DNA from: Vicugna vicugna
Taxonomy: Eukaryota
Assembly (NCBI GenBank): GCA_013265495.1
Contig: MU058718.1
Span: forward strand, 1,364,001-1,428,000
Reading direction: 5' to 3'
DNA length: 64,000 bases
The position numbers and the translations under genes are program-made. Positions within the stretch are counted from its first letter, which is position 1; each line of letters starts with the position of its first letter. This document shows, in pieces, positions 63,143 to 64,000 of this stretch. Under the pieces are notes generated by a model that was not told the origin of the DNA, searched no databases, and was given only the letters and a program-made list of their open reading frames with translations.

Positions 63143-64000
63143 TTTCAGAATGCACAATTTATAAATTTTAAAGCCTGGGACCACCTTCCTGTGCAGCAGG
63201 AGGAGTTCACGTCCTCTGGTACAGCTGACCTTGGCCCACGGTCCTCACTTCCATCTGAGACGTTTGTGATGAAGCACTTTTGGAATATTTGTAGGATACC
63301 CTGGAAATTCAATTCCAAGCCCAAACAATCTGATTTTTAGGACACTGAAACATCTGAAGTTTCCATTCATCCCATGAATATGACATGACTCTGCACTATA
63401 TTGTTTTTTAAAGAGATCTCTAAAGTGGTGTGGTTATGGTAACATCAGGTGTTTCCAGGGACGGGAACTAGGTGCTTGGAGGACAAGACTGGGAGGGAGA
63501 GTTTTTTTCTTTTGTTTTTTAAGCAATTTTTTTTGGGGGGGCAGATAATTTGAATCTGAATTCTCTCTCCCCTCTGAAATTCCATAGCTATCTGTAAATT
63601 CTCCATTATAGTCTCCATGATGTTATGTAATTCTATCCTGTTAAAAAATAATGAATTTTTAAAAACATGCTTATAGAAGCACTGTGAACTTTTGCTGAAT
63701 TTGTTCTGTCTTTTAGGAAGTTTCATCAGATAACCCTCTGCATGCATTCAGTACTAAACTTGACTGAGATCAGTTAAAGCTAATGTATCTTTCTTAAACA
63801 TTACTTTTTTGTTCAAAATAAAGTAATATAATTCTCGTTATAGAGGTTTGGAAGATATTTGAGCATAATATGATTCCCTCCTTTCTGAGAGATAATTTGA
63901 GGAAAAAGATTCATCTTATATTTGTCTTGTATGGTATATAAAATACATTTTTACCAATCTAAGGCCAATGCAGAGTAATCATGAATCATAACTCATGCAA

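Overview
AT-rich mammalian non-coding DNA from a gapped draft assembly, most likely a camelid (alpaca or camel). The species call rests on a tRNA-Ala-derived Vic-1-type SINE and artiodactyl-type L1 3' UTRs. No intact protein-coding gene is visible. The ORF-track entries are L1 ORF2 remnants, N-gap read-throughs or chance ORFs. The window looks like a long intron, probably of a plus-strand gene: most L1s are antisense, and there are two candidate microexons and one strong orphan splice acceptor. It contains young L1s with target-site duplications (TSDs), old L1M, L2, L3 and MIR fragments, ERVL remnants, Tigger/hAT DNA transposons, microsatellites and a few repeat-free enhancer-like blocks. The most notable structures are a probable L1 3' transduction (56.0-57.6 kb), a ~460 bp homogenised tract shared by two otherwise different L1 copies 5.6 kb apart, and a 2.8 kb near-perfect duplication across an N gap that is probably an assembly artefact. 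I find no support for a novel biological system. Repeat family names come from recalled consensus sequences, not from a search.
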